From assembly GCA_028023455.1 (NCBI GenBank), contig JAQFVV010000001.1, positions 7,068,001-7,132,000 on the forward strand: a DNA stretch of 64,000 nt, in the 5' to 3' direction. Every line of letters starts with the position of its first letter. Within the stretch, counting starts at the first letter, position 1. The notes under the pieces are model-generated. The model did no database searches. It saw nothing but the letters and a program-made list of their open reading frames with translations, and was not told the origin of the DNA. This document shows positions 38,565 through 53,048 of this stretch, one piece after another. The translations under genes were made by a program, and so were the position numbers. Source of the DNA: Epiperipatus broadwayi (Eukaryota > Animalia > Onychophora).

Positions 38565-39959
38565 AATGATGAACGCAGTGCAGAGAATTCTGTTTGAAGT
38601 TTTTTATTTATCAAAATGTTATTAATTAATCTCATGGTTATATATATATATATGTGTATAATCTCAAACTTTTATATATATGTATAATATTTTTAAAAAT
38701 AAATATCTTTTAAGAAATTTTGTATTTTTTCTTTAAGCATATAAACATTGTTTTTAATAGAAAATGATAATCAATTTTGACCAATTCTTTTCAATTCATA
38801 TCATGCAAGTTCTTATATATAAAGGGTAAAGATAAACCATAGGTATTAGCATATACAAATATGATATGGCATTTCCTTTATCATAAACAAAGAATTCATA
38901 GATTACAGTTGTATTGTTTTTCTATATAATTAGTTTCACCAACACTTATTCATCAATCTATATTAATTTGAGATTTCCATCTTTTAGTTAATAATAGTTA
39001 TATATTTATAAATACTGTATTGATCAATCTTGAATGGCTGAATCCATTGACTACCTAAAAGAACAATCCCAAGCCAGTTTGTGATCTGAAAATATTATCA
39101 AATATCATTTACTTTAGATATGGCAGATGTACTAACTACTAAACCATAAAGTATTTCAAAAATTTACTACTTTATAGTCTATTTGCTTATGTTTTGATTA
39201 TACTAGATAGTCATTTTCTGAACATATTAAAACAATAAACATATTTACTTATAATTCCACAAAAACAATCTTATATATTTTTATGAAATTATAATTATAT
39301 TTACAATTTGTTTTATTTTTGTAATAGACTAAGGATAATTATCTAATATAATCAAATGTATCTGAATGAAAATTTTTCAAAAAAGTATAAAAACAAAGAA
39401 AATAAGAAACTTCATATAATGCAATTATGATAGAACAAATGCATTTTCAAATGCTTGTATATGCTGACACAAAATTCTCCAAACATTTGAAATGAACTAT
39501 ACAATAAAAGAATTAATATATTACTAGTATTCAAATGATATAAATATTGATGGATTCAACAAGAATGAATTAGGAATACTTGTTTTTTATTTTATATTAA
39601 AATGTCTGAAGTATTTTATTTTCTTTATTGAAATTCATGTTTTTATAAAACAATCATATGACTGATATCACTTAATGATTAATATATAATATTGATATCA
39701 TCTTAATATTTTCAGAAATAGTAATAAATTGATTGACAAATCGAATGTAATTCATTGTATTAAAAATTAATTAGTTAGAAGATATTTATATCCAAACCAC
39801 TTAACTGCTTGGAATAAAGTTGCAACAAAGTATCACTTTATTAATCTTGACTTAATACTTTTCTGGTTTTTTAAATGCCCATACCGGTTTGTTTTTTTAG
39901 AAATAAGCTAATATATAAGAAGGAGAATATCTCTCTTGCTAATTCTAATTTTCAGAATG

Positions 39960-40720
39960 TCAAACATGTCATTGATTCGTGGAAACTAACCATGTTTAAT
40001 AGTAAATGCTAAATGGATGAATAAGATCACGTTACCAACTGTTGCAAAAGTGATTAAGCAATGGTTAATTTCATATATAGCTTAAGAATCTTTATACTAC
40101 TTTTGGCAACAAAAATAAAATTTATCTATGACTAAAGGAAGCATAGTTGTTATAGTACATATTCTAGAAATGATTCACCAGGGCCATTCAAGTATAGTAA
40201 AAGTTCTAGTACACAGATATCTTAAGTTTAAATCAAGATCTGAAAACATAGATCAAAAAGTGTGAAAACTATCAAAATAGAACAAGCTTACTGCGAAAGC
40301 AATATATTTCATGGGTAAGATCTATGAAATTATGCAAAGGGTATATCTAGGCAGCATAGGTTTGATGAATGAGAAAAATTTTATTATTATTGTCGACTCA
40401 TATCTCAATGTACAAAGTACAAATATAATAAGAACATCAGTCCAGAAAAATATATTCATATATCATAATTTCCTTAAAACCATTGTAATGGATAAGGCAA
40501 CTGATTTTCCTTCAAAAAAATTTAATAAAAATTTTATTTGGTTGAATGTAGAATAATTTAGCTCCTGACCACAAGATATCACCCAGAGTTCAATGAAACT
40601 GCAGCAAAAATAGTCTAGCATCTGTATCAATTGCTTTTGAAATCTTAAATGATGAGTATTCATGAAGTTGTGTGTATGATGATATTAGCATGGCACATAA
40701 ATCTATTAGTTGTCAATGGA
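39960..40720 (-). mobile_element. Degenerate piggyBac-like transposase relic
   Basis: Minus strand, in order: TNRF, VALSITMV (~LSIDExMV), PMKY....DSFH (~PxKYG...DSxT), DKFY and ATVG (~DNFY, GTVR). Very decayed. Confidence 0.3.
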
Positions 40721-43700
40721 AAACTCCAGCAAAATTATTAGTAGATAGATATTTGTGAATATATCTGTCTCTACTAATATTAAACAAAATGCAGTTTGAG
40801 GAAAAATAGAATCTCTAAAATTTTTAAATAATATATTGTAATCAGTATGTGGATATATACATGTAAAATAAAGGAAAAGTAGAAATAAACAGACAAAAAT
40901 TATAGTAGATATTTTCTACATTCATTGAAATAAAATAATAATAATAACTCTGATTTAAAATATTGTTTTATAAATTAATATTTTAAAAAGGTCTGAATAA
41001 ATATAAATATTGCATTATTATTAATTATTACTCTGATTTTGAAATTTAAAAACACCCTGTTGTATTTTTGAAATTTTAATTAAACAAAATTTTTATCTAT
41101 TAGAAATCCCCTATGTAAAAACATGTATATGTTTTCAAAGAGATTAGTGAGATAAAAATAAAAACTCTGTTTTTAATCAAGCTGCTGTTATCACCATAGA
41201 TGAGTCTATAAAAGGGCTGATAACAAATTAACTCCAGTCTGGATAATAGTTTTTTGTAAGAAGGTCAGCTGAAAAGTTGTTGTAGCTTGTTGAAGTATGC
41301 AGCAGTTGTTTTTAGCTGACTGTAGAGTTGGCAGTCCATCTACCATGAATTGATATAGCCGAAGATAGGACATCAAATCCAGAGCTGCTAATATTTTTCT
41401 TGCCAGGAGTTTTGATTTACTTGAAGCTGGGTCACTTCTAAATCAATAGCCTGAAAAAAAGAGAACAAAATAGCTAGCAGAGTTATACAAAGCTCCTATG
41501 AAGATCTAAGGACAGTCCACTGCCTTATAGTTTACTGATGCATGAAGCCAGGGTCTCTTCAAATGGATCAACTAGCTGCTTAAATATGTTCTAGAAGACA
41601 GCTTGACAATTGCTTGGACTACAAAAGGAACCTCATGGTATGTCAACAAATTACCAGAATTATATACTTTTACCTGATGATGACAATTTCCTGGAATGAC
41701 CAAAAAACAGCTTGCCCAAGAGAGTGGTGAATAAAGAAGTAGTTATACGTATGCTGCTGTGTCTACATATGCGAAGAGAAGCACAGATAAACTTGCATAC
41801 AAAAGTGAGTTGTTTTTCAATAATTTATTTGATGAACATTTTTAAATCTATATTTTTAAATTTAAAGACATTGATAATTCGTTAAGAGGTAACCTAATAA
41901 AAGCCTTCTAACCTCTGGAAAATTGACTATATATTTTTTGTAAAAGAATAAAAGAAAGCTATAATAGAATTTGTTAAACTGATTTTTTTAAAAATATTGA
42001 TACACACGTATAAGTGTGAAATTTATGTGTTTTCCAAATGAGTTAATTATGAAAAAATATAATATTATTGTAACGAGTTGAAATAGATAAGAGTCAGTGT
42101 GCGTATATACACGCACACTCATATATGTAAATTTTTAATATTTTTTTTTGATTAAATGTCAATTCATTTTTTTTAAAATATTAATTGTAAATTATAAATC
42201 GCGCCTTTATGTGCACATATGTAAATCAAGGTAACAATTTAAATGTTGAATAGTAATTATTTAAATCTCAATGTGATCATTTGAAATTTTGTATTATAAT
42301 CAAAATCAGAAACCACATATGTGCGCATATATATGTCAATTGTATTGTAAATAACAATGCGTGTCAGATAGACACTTATGTGTAAAATTTTGATCATTTT
42401 TCTAAATTAAATATTAATTCAAACATGTTAGTTTTGTATCAAGCCACATGCCTGTGTGCTGAATGGGTTTTAAGTAAACCTAATTTATTAATCATGTAAC
42501 TCAATGTATACTTTTCAAAAACAGAACCCTCATAAGACCTTAATCATTTATTTTTTTGTTATTAATAAACTTGTATTTAATTGTTAAAATTGTTTCCATC
42601 ATCTCTTGGTCACATACAGTAATAGAGCCCATGTTCTCTGAGCTAGATTTCGGACACGGATAAATGCATCCAGAGATGATCAATGATCATTCTGGTTGGT
42701 GCAAAAGAGGATACTCTTTAAAGCCCACACACTATTATTTTTTATTTTACTTTAGACTTATTAGAATTAAGTTTATAGTTGACCAATACAAGTGGCCTGA
42801 GCATTGATGATGTTTTAATGTCCCAGCATTATTGTTTAGATTTTCTAGTTGTGTATTTTAATGGATGGGCACTAAGCTGGTGCATCCAAGTCATGTTTAT
42901 ATAATTGCCCAAGCTGGCAACGGCTAAAGAAGACCCATTTCCAATCCAGTCACAAGATTGACTGCTGATTTATATTTTTTATTGTTCAAATCCAGCCACA
43001 AGATGGACTGTTGATTTTATTCTGATTTATTATACTGATTTGTTTATTCCCATCATGAATGATGGTGGATGGTTATTTCTCTTGAGAAATACTTACTTTG
43101 ACTTATTATAATGCTGGTTGAATTTAGAATTACTATAGTTGCTCTTATGAGTTAGCTGGCGAATCTCACAATGATTTCAGAGATCTCTTGATCTCATGCT
43201 CTTATAGAATATTATATTACTTATAGATAATGTTATAAATTATTGATTTTGTATTTACTTGGGGTTGATGATGATTTTGCCATCACCCCAGGTTTACTCC
43301 CTTGCTTATATCACCTACCCCATCCCGTTACAATATGAATAAGGGATATATATAAGAAGAAAGAAGTGAATTAAAAGATTATAACTAATTTGCTGAAACA
43401 GAAGATAGTTGTAGATAATCCACAAGCATAAAAATATAAAAAAATTGATTCAGATAATAAAGATTACTAAATATTACAAGGTAGAAAATAAAACAGACAT
43501 ATCAACAGAGGTAAGGAAATAAAAAGAAAAACCAGATGAAATAGGCCATAATCTAGCTATGGAAGACAACATGTATATACTAATGAAGAACCAGTAATAG
43601 AATAAAGAATGATAGAAATTACAGAAGATATCAACTAACCAGAAAATAAACTATCTACTAATGAAGAAGCAATAAATCAATATAAAGATCTTGATAACGG

Positions 43701-45599
43701 TGAAAATGCAAAATCAAAAAAATATAACCCATCATCGCCAGAGATTTTGAAATCATGAAAGAAAGAATATGAAAAATCTCTCGATATCTAAAATGCATTA
43801 ATCTATAATGAGAAAAAAATATCTATGCTTTTGAGGTATATAACAGACTAAAATGGGCAAAAATAGATAAATGTATACATAAATAATAGAACAGAAATTT
43901 ACCTAAAAAACAAAATAATTTTCCTTAATTAATTTATAAATAGATCAGAATAATCCTATTAAGAATTTAAAAACATAGATTAATCATTGAGTTGTAAATG
44001 AATAGTAAAGTTACATAAGAGACAAATAACATCACACCCAGAAGAATTGTGAAGACAACTAAAATAGAGACATGCTAACAATCTAATGCCATGAGGACAT
44101 GCTATATGCAACTCGGAAAGTCTAGTTTTAGATCAAAGGTGATAAATTCAAACTAGGAATTTAAACATTATTTGAGTAAGCATTCAAATTAAGTAGATTG
44201 TGTATGTTTAACTAGTTCTATGTGTTTATATATATTTGAATATTATGTTATAATGTAATAAATGCAGTGAAACCCCACATCGGCTATATTTTGTTCCAAA
44301 ACTCCTAGAAAATAGCATGAATTATGGATAATAGCTTATGCATTGTTTGTTTACAATGCTGTATAAGTTTCTATATAAATCTTTATAAAAAATATTTAAA
44401 ACATATATATATATTAACATGTGGGTGTGTATATTTATGTTCAGACATACAGCATAAGGGTTTCAGACATATATGAGGCATAATGAAGGGCTTATCGCAA
44501 AAAATTATGCTATGTTTAGAGGATCTTACAATTATCTATAATAATTGCAGTGCATTGAGATTTAATCTCTAGCATTATATATATATATACACGTATATAT
44601 TATAATTTTTAAATGAGTATAATATATTATATAAACAGAAAGTACTTGTACATTTAAAATCAAAGTAAAAATGATTTAAGAAGCATTCTTTTTTTTGTAT
44701 GAAGTTTTTGTTAATTTAAACTATAGAAGATGTATAATGTGAATGGAATAAGAATTTTATCACTTAATTATTTTTAATATGGAAAAATCTGAATAGATAC
44801 AGTGACCAATAATGGTAGATTAATGATATAGCATCTAAAAATAGATTATTAAAGAACTGAAACAATATATGAGGCTCTTAGTGGAATAAAATATAGATAT
44901 TCTTAATAGCTAATTTGTACAATAATTCAATGAGATATAAAAAGTTTTACAGAAAAGGCCTTCATCAGCTATGCCAAACTTAAATATTGCTAAACAAAAT
45001 TAAAAAGAATATATATTCATATAAAGTAAATTTGGTTTCTTTTATTTGAAAATGTATTACACACTTATTAAATGATATATTTTTAACCGGATAGAAATTA
45101 TAGCTAATTCCATTTTTATATAAACCTTACCACGAGACTACCATATGCATACCATTTATAAATGGATGTAATCATTCTAATTACATAAAAAGAGAGACAA
45201 AGAATAAAAATTAAAATAAGTTTTACGATTAGTAAACAAACTTATCTCCTAAGACAAATACATTCCCGTTGTTTATCTGTCTTGATACTTATTTTGCAAA
45301 AGACCTTGATTGTCATCTTCCCAATGACTTACCCTGTGATGATCTTTAGAATACAAACAGGATTTTCATTTTCCATGAAAAATTATAATTTATAAAATAT
45401 TTTTAAGAAAGTTGGTTCCTGTTCTCCCAATCTGCATTACAATTCAATTAAACTCAAGTTTGACTAGTAAGTTCAACATGACATCAAAAAAACACCATCT
45501 TATTTTCAAAATATAGCAAATAAATCAAATACTCTTAAATATATATAGTAATGGGGAAAAAAATAAAGACCAAATAAATCAAAGTATTCTCTGCTGGTA

Positions 45600-45950
45600 T
45601 TCATTAGCAGCATACAATCAGCATCCTTATATTGGGAAGCTATTTGTAATTGGAAAAAGAAAAATAGCAAAATATAGCCAAATCAAGTGGCAATAATGAT
45701 AGCAAAACTTATGTTATCATATATTTTGTGAGGTGTGAAATTAAGTGATGGGTTGTTGTGGACTATAGAGATAATTCCGAAATATTTGCATAACATTCCA
45801 ATAACTGCTTCTGCAATCTACAGAATTCACATACTAAAGCAATATGAGTTTACTTTGTTGGGATATTTATATAGATAGAATCACAGGCCCGGAATCATAA
45901 TATGTATGTATTTTTGATTAGCATCAACGCCATCATACGGCTGGCATGAG
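45600..45950 (+). mobile_element. Short piggyBac-like transposase relic
   Basis: AKYSQIK and NDSKTYV near 45670-45715 (~PAKYGIK...CDSKTYY); FTLLG (~LTLVGT) near 45850. Confidence 0.35.
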
Positions 45951-46228
45951 GGAATAGAAAACAACCAAAGTGAGTAAATTTATTTAGTCAGGAATATATA
46001 TAGCTTGTAAAGAAAAATAATAAATTTTATCAAGTCAATTAAAAAAAAAAAGATTTCTTGAAATTAACATTCGTGATGTTCTTTACAATTTTCAAAACTA
46101 CTAGTATTTTTAACAAAATTAATGTTAACAAAAAATAAATTTATGAAAAAAAAATGTTTAGCTGGAGTGTATCCATTTTAAATTTGTATTAAAGTTTAAA
46201 TATAAAACAAAAATATTTACAATAACTT

Positions 46229-46920
46229 CAAATATAAGGGGCTTTGAACTCAGACTTTCACTCAACATTTAATTCTCCACGCTATCTCATACCACTGATA
46301 CACCTGACCCCACATATGTCTAAAAAATAAATAATCACCAATATACATATTTTGTGCTAAACCAGCACTTGTCAGTTGGTCCAGATTATCATCTCTACAC
46401 ATATATACAATCAGTGCTCAGCTTTATATTAAGATAGCAAACCTTCAGACTTTAATCTATTCCATCCTCCAACTCTTCAGCCATCCATATCAAATATTGT
46501 CTGAAGTCTGCCCATCCCTTGTATATGTATATAAATGGATTATGCCCTATACATGAGGGGTCAGAGTGATCTATGGGCAACATGGGTGGAACAACAATGT
46601 TGGCAATAGCATGAGCTTTAAGCATTCCATCTACAGATTTTCAATGATATGGATGGCTGAAGAGTTGGAAGGTGGAGTAGATTGGAGCCTGTTCATTAAA
46701 GTATGAAGGTTTGCTATCTTAATATAAAGCTGAGCACTGTTTGTATATATGTGTAGAGATAATAATCTAGATCAACTAACGAATGCTGGTTTAGCACGAA
46801 ATACATATAGGTGATTATTTATCTTTTAGACATATGTGGGGTCAGGTGTATCAGTGGTATGAAATAGCATGGAGAGTTAAAGGTTGAGTGAAAGTCTGAG
46901 TTCAAAGCCTTTTATATTTG
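46229..46920. repeat. Long fold-back element: ~265-bp inverted arms around a 152-bp spacer
   Basis: 46229-46492 is the reverse complement of 46645-46920 throughout, with one short indel; both outer ends carry a tRNA-like A/B-box segment facing outward. Confidence 0.9.
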
Positions 46921-48031
46921 CATTTAAGGTACAGGAAAAGCCTGTATGGCAAATATTAAATAACTTCAAAGTAAACACATTCTTCAATTTTCAGTCCTCA
47001 AAAGAATACATGAACACCATCATAACAAACAACTTAAAACATTTTAATTCTTTTACTGATAAATTGATAGAAGAGAACAATAGTTAAGTCATACAGTAAT
47101 TTTTAGTGTTGAAGCTTTCAGCAAGATGTGTGTAATATTCCATAAAGTATCCTTAAAATTTTAATAAACTGTGAGTTGCTTTCAGTATTATTCATTTCTA
47201 ATGCTTAGAAGCAAAATATATGTATTATTCTGACATATTTATAAGACATTTCAAATACATCTATTTTATTATAATGAAATAAATAATTGATATTGTGTTA
47301 TGTGGCATCTGGCTTTCTACTTTTAACTACAATAAAGATTTTGTTATCATTGATATATGGTAAATATATTTTCAATATATTATTTATTATCATGATTTTT
47401 TGTTTTACTATCAATAATAATAAATCTAAGAATTTAAACTATACCAAGTAACATCTTGATCTAAAATTTTGGATCTACCCATTCTAAGCCTAGAAGATAA
47501 AATTACTATTGATGTACCTAATAAATAAACTCTAGTTCATAAATGCTATTTTTTTTCTAGGATATGGATATTATGTATTTGTTATTTGCATATTTTAAAC
47601 TAGTATATGTACATACACATTATATATATGTACAAGTGTGTTAATATAACCGCAGAAAATCAATTTGTATACATAGGTGAAAAATTATATACTGTACTGC
47701 GATTTTACCGAATATAATAAACTTATTTTTTAAAAAATAACAAATTTCCCATTAAACAGTAACTCTAAATAAATATTTTTTTTTAAGCACTTCTTGAAGA
47801 AAAATATCATGTAATGTTAGAAGTAAATTTAGAAAAATCTCTGCAGAGATTGCTATCCAAAATTATACACAACACCTTTTGTGAAAATATTTGAACATAT
47901 ACATATCATATTTAAAGATTAAAATTATATCTGTTTTCATATTCATTAATGATTTTGTTATATTATTAAAAAATAAACTTTTTTGTAATAATAATTTCAA
48001 AATTAGTTACAAAGTGTAACATATTAATAGA

Positions 48032-48144
48032 TTATTTATACTCGTTAATCTGTTGTTTTTTGTGGACTCTGGTTTTGGTCAAAGGAGCCAGTTTATATTC
48101 AATGGATTTGATATGTTCCATCACATCTTCAAAGGACCATATTT
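48032..48144 (-). CDS. Probable terminal coding exon of an unidentified gene ((E)IWSFEDVMEHIKSIEYKLAPLTKTRVHKKQQINEYK*)
   Basis: Strong acceptor gcccttttttttcttcag. Only one long frame (phase 1, 36 codons + TAA). Locally raised GC, not TE-like. No protein identity recognised. Confidence 0.55.
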
Positions 48145-51072
48145 CTGAAGAAAAAAAAGGCATTTCATTAATATTTGCAAAAAATAATTTTTCAAAAAAA
48201 AATTTAAATAAAGTTCATCATATTTAAATTTGATATATTAATTGAACATATAGAAACAAATACATATGTATTAAACAATATAATTTACAAACATGAACAC
48301 ACACACACATATATAAACTACAATAAAGGCATTTTCTTATCATTTTTGGATCCAAACAAAATGTAATAAATAAAATTAATATAGACTAATCGATATAATT
48401 TTAAAATGTATATATAATATTGTAATATCAGTACAATTTTATGTATGTGTGATTTAAGACAAGGATTTATAGTTATTTGCAAGGCAAAATTTTTTCTAAC
48501 ATCTCTCTACAAGAGACAGTAAAAGAGTAAACATTAGCAAGATACCCAGTTTCTGAGCAATAATTGGATAACTAAGGTTGAATATAAGCTGACTAAGGGA
48601 AAAAGAAGAATCATAAATATTTGCAAATCCAATTTTTACTGAATTCAAAGTCAAGGCATGGTAAATAGTTGTAATAATTAGTAAATCACCCCTTCTAATG
48701 TCAATATGGTATTTATATATTTATGTATATATATTTGTAAATCATCTGTATATATTTACCTTGTATCAATAGATCTAAAACTTATATGAGTTAGAATACC
48801 ATGCTTTTTAGAAAGTCAATTGCAAAATAAAACATTGGATATTAGGTATTATAGTCAATGAGCTGTTGAAGTAATTCTTTGTTTTACCTCATGTAAGTTT
48901 TATATTTTTAGTATATATACATATTATATCGGTCTTACTCTATCTGCCATACAGGGCGCCACCAGGCCATTTGAACCTGGAAAATTTATACTTCTTTGTA
49001 AGATTCCATTTTTATTCAACCGATATGCCCTAGTCACTAAGCTCAAGGAATAGCTGAGATTTAATGATATATACTTTTAAACACATTTTTAATAAAGAAA
49101 GAAGATAATAAAATAAGCCACTGCCAGTTATAATCACACAAACATTTATTTATGCACATATATAAATTTGAGGAATAAAATTCTTTAATATTGCTTTAAT
49201 TTGTTATTATTATTTTAAACTTTAGTAAGTCCACACAGATTGACAGTTAATACAATATATTACAATGTTAGGCATAGATAAGCTACACAGACTATGTGCT
49301 TAACTAACTACTCTTTTAACTCCAGGCTATAAGTTCGCATCCTAACCAACACCAGCTTATTGATATAATGATGTGATCAATGCAAAATGAGAATATTAGC
49401 ATACAAAAAAATCATGTTGACAGGAATGTGCATCTATATTAGCATGATATCATTGAAAAAAAAAGAATGACCCTCATCCAGTACAGAAATGTGCATCTGT
49501 CTGGCAAGGTAATCATTTGGAAAATATATATATTAGACATGCTCAGTAATGGGGGATTGCGGTCTTGGCTGTCTTACTATCACCACCCAGAGCATAAGGA
49601 GATCAATGGTGCAGGGAATACATCTATGTCCACTGACAACATGATGGCTATACTTTTGGCCATGCATTCAATTGGGAATAATGCCCTGATGCTAACATGG
49701 TATAAGGAAATGAGAATCCAATGAATCTCCCCACATCACATTGACATAAAACAACTATACATCCATCCACCAGCAATGATCCAATTATAAGACAAATAGT
49801 CTGAAATTAACCCACTTAAACTAACATAATCTTAAAAATCTATGCAGTTATTTATGCCCATTTTTAAATTATTAGTTTACAAGAAATTTGATAATTTGGT
49901 TATTAAACAAAACCCAAAAACATAAAATAAATTATAACAGAAAAGTGAAAAATGGAAATGATTGATTAGCAAACTTAATACATAAATAATAAGATTATTA
50001 ACTGACTTAATCCTATTGATGGTCAGATAAGATTTCACTTAGTTATATTTTTTTTACAAATTAAACACTTATTGAAGAGATATTTAAAAGGTTCAATTAA
50101 TAAAAGTTCATACTTTTCATGGTAGATCTGAAGTCTGTCTTGTTCATGATGTGTCACATCCATCCACTTGAAGTCCATTTAATATTTCTATCATTTCTGG
50201 GAAGACCAGTTCTTTGTTTGCTACCTTTCAGTAATCATCAATGGTGCATGACAGGAAATTAATTCATTGTGAGACCCTTCCACTATGCAGTTTATAAATC
50301 AACAGTTACTTCATTTGCTAAGTGATTAAAAGGGCCCTAATAATTTGATATTTCCATCTTATTTAATTTCTGGCCTCTCTTATCAGGAACTCTCTGGATC
50401 ATTTGTTCTTACAGGTCTGGAGGTTTTCTGTTCTGGACCATGCATGACTTGGTGCTTGCATTGGTTGATCTGCTTCAGAGCAGGAAACAATCTTTAATTT
50501 TTATCTCTTATCTGACATTTACATTACAAAGTGCCTAAGGACTCATTTGCTTTAGATTCTATTAATAGAACAATTATTTCCATTCACTAAGGTTTAAACA
50601 TGATTCTTTTAAATAGAAACTAATTAACATGTTTCTATTTTCTTTTATATTACTTTTTAACAAAAATACTCATCTTTAGATCTTTAATTTTTTTTTAACT
50701 TCCTTTTAAATAATTTTTTTAATAGCTTTCCATCTGCGCAATTATATATATGTTAAAATAACTATTTTAATTTTCTTTTACGTTTTTAAAAAATCAATTT
50801 TATTTACGATTATTTTCCCTTTTATTTTAATTTTAAAATAATGTAATGGCATATGTAGACCGTTATAATATATATATTTCTAAATCATTTTTTAAACTTT
50901 TTTTATCTTTTTTTTATTATTAAAATTAAAACAGGTACATTTATTCATAAATATTTAAATGTAAACAATTTAGAAATTTTTTACTAGTGCAGCAACAAAT
51001 TGTAATTCTGATATAAAAATAATCATTCTTCACACAAGCACCATACTATATAATTGCATGTAAATACAAAAT

Positions 51073-51547
51073 ATAAGATGGCCATTCTTATCTTTTTAAA
51101 AGTCTTTATCTTGTGGCTTGGATCAAGAGTTTTCTAGTATTTAACATTGCTAATTGAATATTAAAAGTATGGTGCTTGTTTGAAGGATGGTTATCTTCTA
51201 TCAGAATTACAGTTTGACACTGCACTAGTAAACATTTTCTAGATTATTTACATTAAAAGTATAACATCTTCTAATATTAACATGTATAAAATTTCACAAG
51301 TGTTAATACATAATAAAATAGAAATGTTAGTAAATTGAATAATGTAATATATTCACATTCTCAGTCCAAAATGCTTACAATTGACCTATATAATTACAGG
51401 TAGGTACAAAAGATAAGATGGCCATTCTTATCTTTTCAAAAGTCTTTATCTTGTGAATTTGGATCAAGAGTTTTCTAGTATTTAACATGCTTACTGAACA
51501 TTATCTTACAGCACTTTTGGGAAGGATGATTACTTTCGCATCAGAAT
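51073..51547. repeat. ~135-bp direct repeat pair
   Basis: ataagatggccattcttatctttt...tcagaat at 51073-51207 and 51413-51547. Confidence 0.85.
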
Positions 51548-52669
51548 GATAAATGTTTGTAAAAATGATGTTTTTAGCATTTCTGGAAAAATATTGTAAA
51601 AATATAATAATGTTTAAAGAATCTTTATAAAGACAAATACCAAAGCTGACTTTAACATTGTTATATCTAATTATGTTTACAAGAAATATTTTACCCACTT
51701 CTTTGAAATTAGTACATAGTAATGATTGTATAAAATGTTTACTTGAAAAAAACATTTGTAGAGGTAAAAAGAGATGATGGATATATAATTAAAATTTATT
51801 GGTGATTATTGAATCTCAATTTTCTCATAAATAAATCATTTCTTTTCAAAAGGATCCAAATATATAAATTAATATGAAAAATAAAAAACAATTCTTTTTT
51901 TTAAAATGCTTATTTTTATTACTGAATAATTAACAAATTCACTTGAACATTATTTTCTTATCTTTCAGTTATTTTTATATAGCTATTATCAAATATAAAC
52001 TTCTGAAAACTACATAAAAATAAATTTTAAAAGACATCCTCAATAATTAATAAATCATAAATTGCATTACATTTTCAAAAAAATATTACCTTAATTATAA
52101 ACTTCACTTTATAATATTATATATACATCGTAACTGAATAAATATATTAAAATAGGGGATAAATATATAACTATAATTAAGTATGTTGGTAATGGTGATC
52201 ATTCAAAGTACAAATGATCAGCAATCATATTAAAAGCAAAAAAGAATCAATTAACTAGATTCGCACAAGTAAATGGCAAGGTTTCCTGCTAAAATACAAT
52301 GAATGAGTAATGCAGCTTTTGTGTATGCATATAAAGCTTACAAATAAAAAAGAGAAATAAACATAGACAAAACTTCCTTATATAAATATTAAAATAAAGT
52401 CTAGGATGACTTAAATATTAATTAGGTAAGTAATAATATTTCTTGATATTTTAAAATACCATAAATTATTTAAAATGAAATAAAAAGTGTTCCCTGACTC
52501 AACTAATTATTTAATTTATATTTGATTCTGACAAAAATCTAAATTTTTAATGTAAAAAAAAAAAAAAAATGAATAATTAAAGATGTTGTTTTTAAATAAA
52601 TATGTAATTATAAGTTGTTTTCAGCATGTTTACACTAAATTTGTATCCATTAATTAAGAAAGAAATACA

Positions 52670-52853
52670 CCTTTACCCTGAGTTAGCGATTGGCTACTTA
52701 GTGACATTTCATAATAGTGATCATCACCAATTTGTAACCACTACTTCGATTTACAATTGATTATTCACTATAACGATTGGGGAAAAAAATTTTTTTTAAT
52801 TTTTTTTGGCAGCTATCTTGAATTTTGCATCACTGATGACATCAGAGTGAAGG
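52670..52853. mobile_element. Small MITE-like element
   Basis: Imperfect ends cctttaccctga / tcagagtgaagg; interior ggcagctatcttg (decayed GGCGGCCATCTTG) and palindrome tgatgacatca. Confidence 0.35.
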
Positions 52854-53048
52854 TATTTTAAATTCATTTTACCCAAAAGCAAAAGTACATTACTGTAATA
52901 TGTATACAGGTAATAACTTTGCTGTAATTGTATAGCACATACAATATTTTATTCATAAAACACAATCTTAGTGCTGCATTCAGTATTTTAAATATAGAAT
53001 GTATAAACTTAAAATATATATAATTACTGAATCTATAATACTGTATAC

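Noticed and set aside
39950-40010. Good-looking plus-strand acceptor (ctaattttcag) downstream of Ilk
   Set aside because: Ilk has already stopped, the frames close within 19 codons, and the opposite strand is better explained as a piggyBac relic.
48950-49050. Minus-strand ggttcaaatggcc B-box with an upstream A-box-like element
   Set aside because: No cloverleaf and the box spacing is too long for an intact tRNA; probably a decayed SINE head. No intact tRNA or rRNA gene was found in the window.
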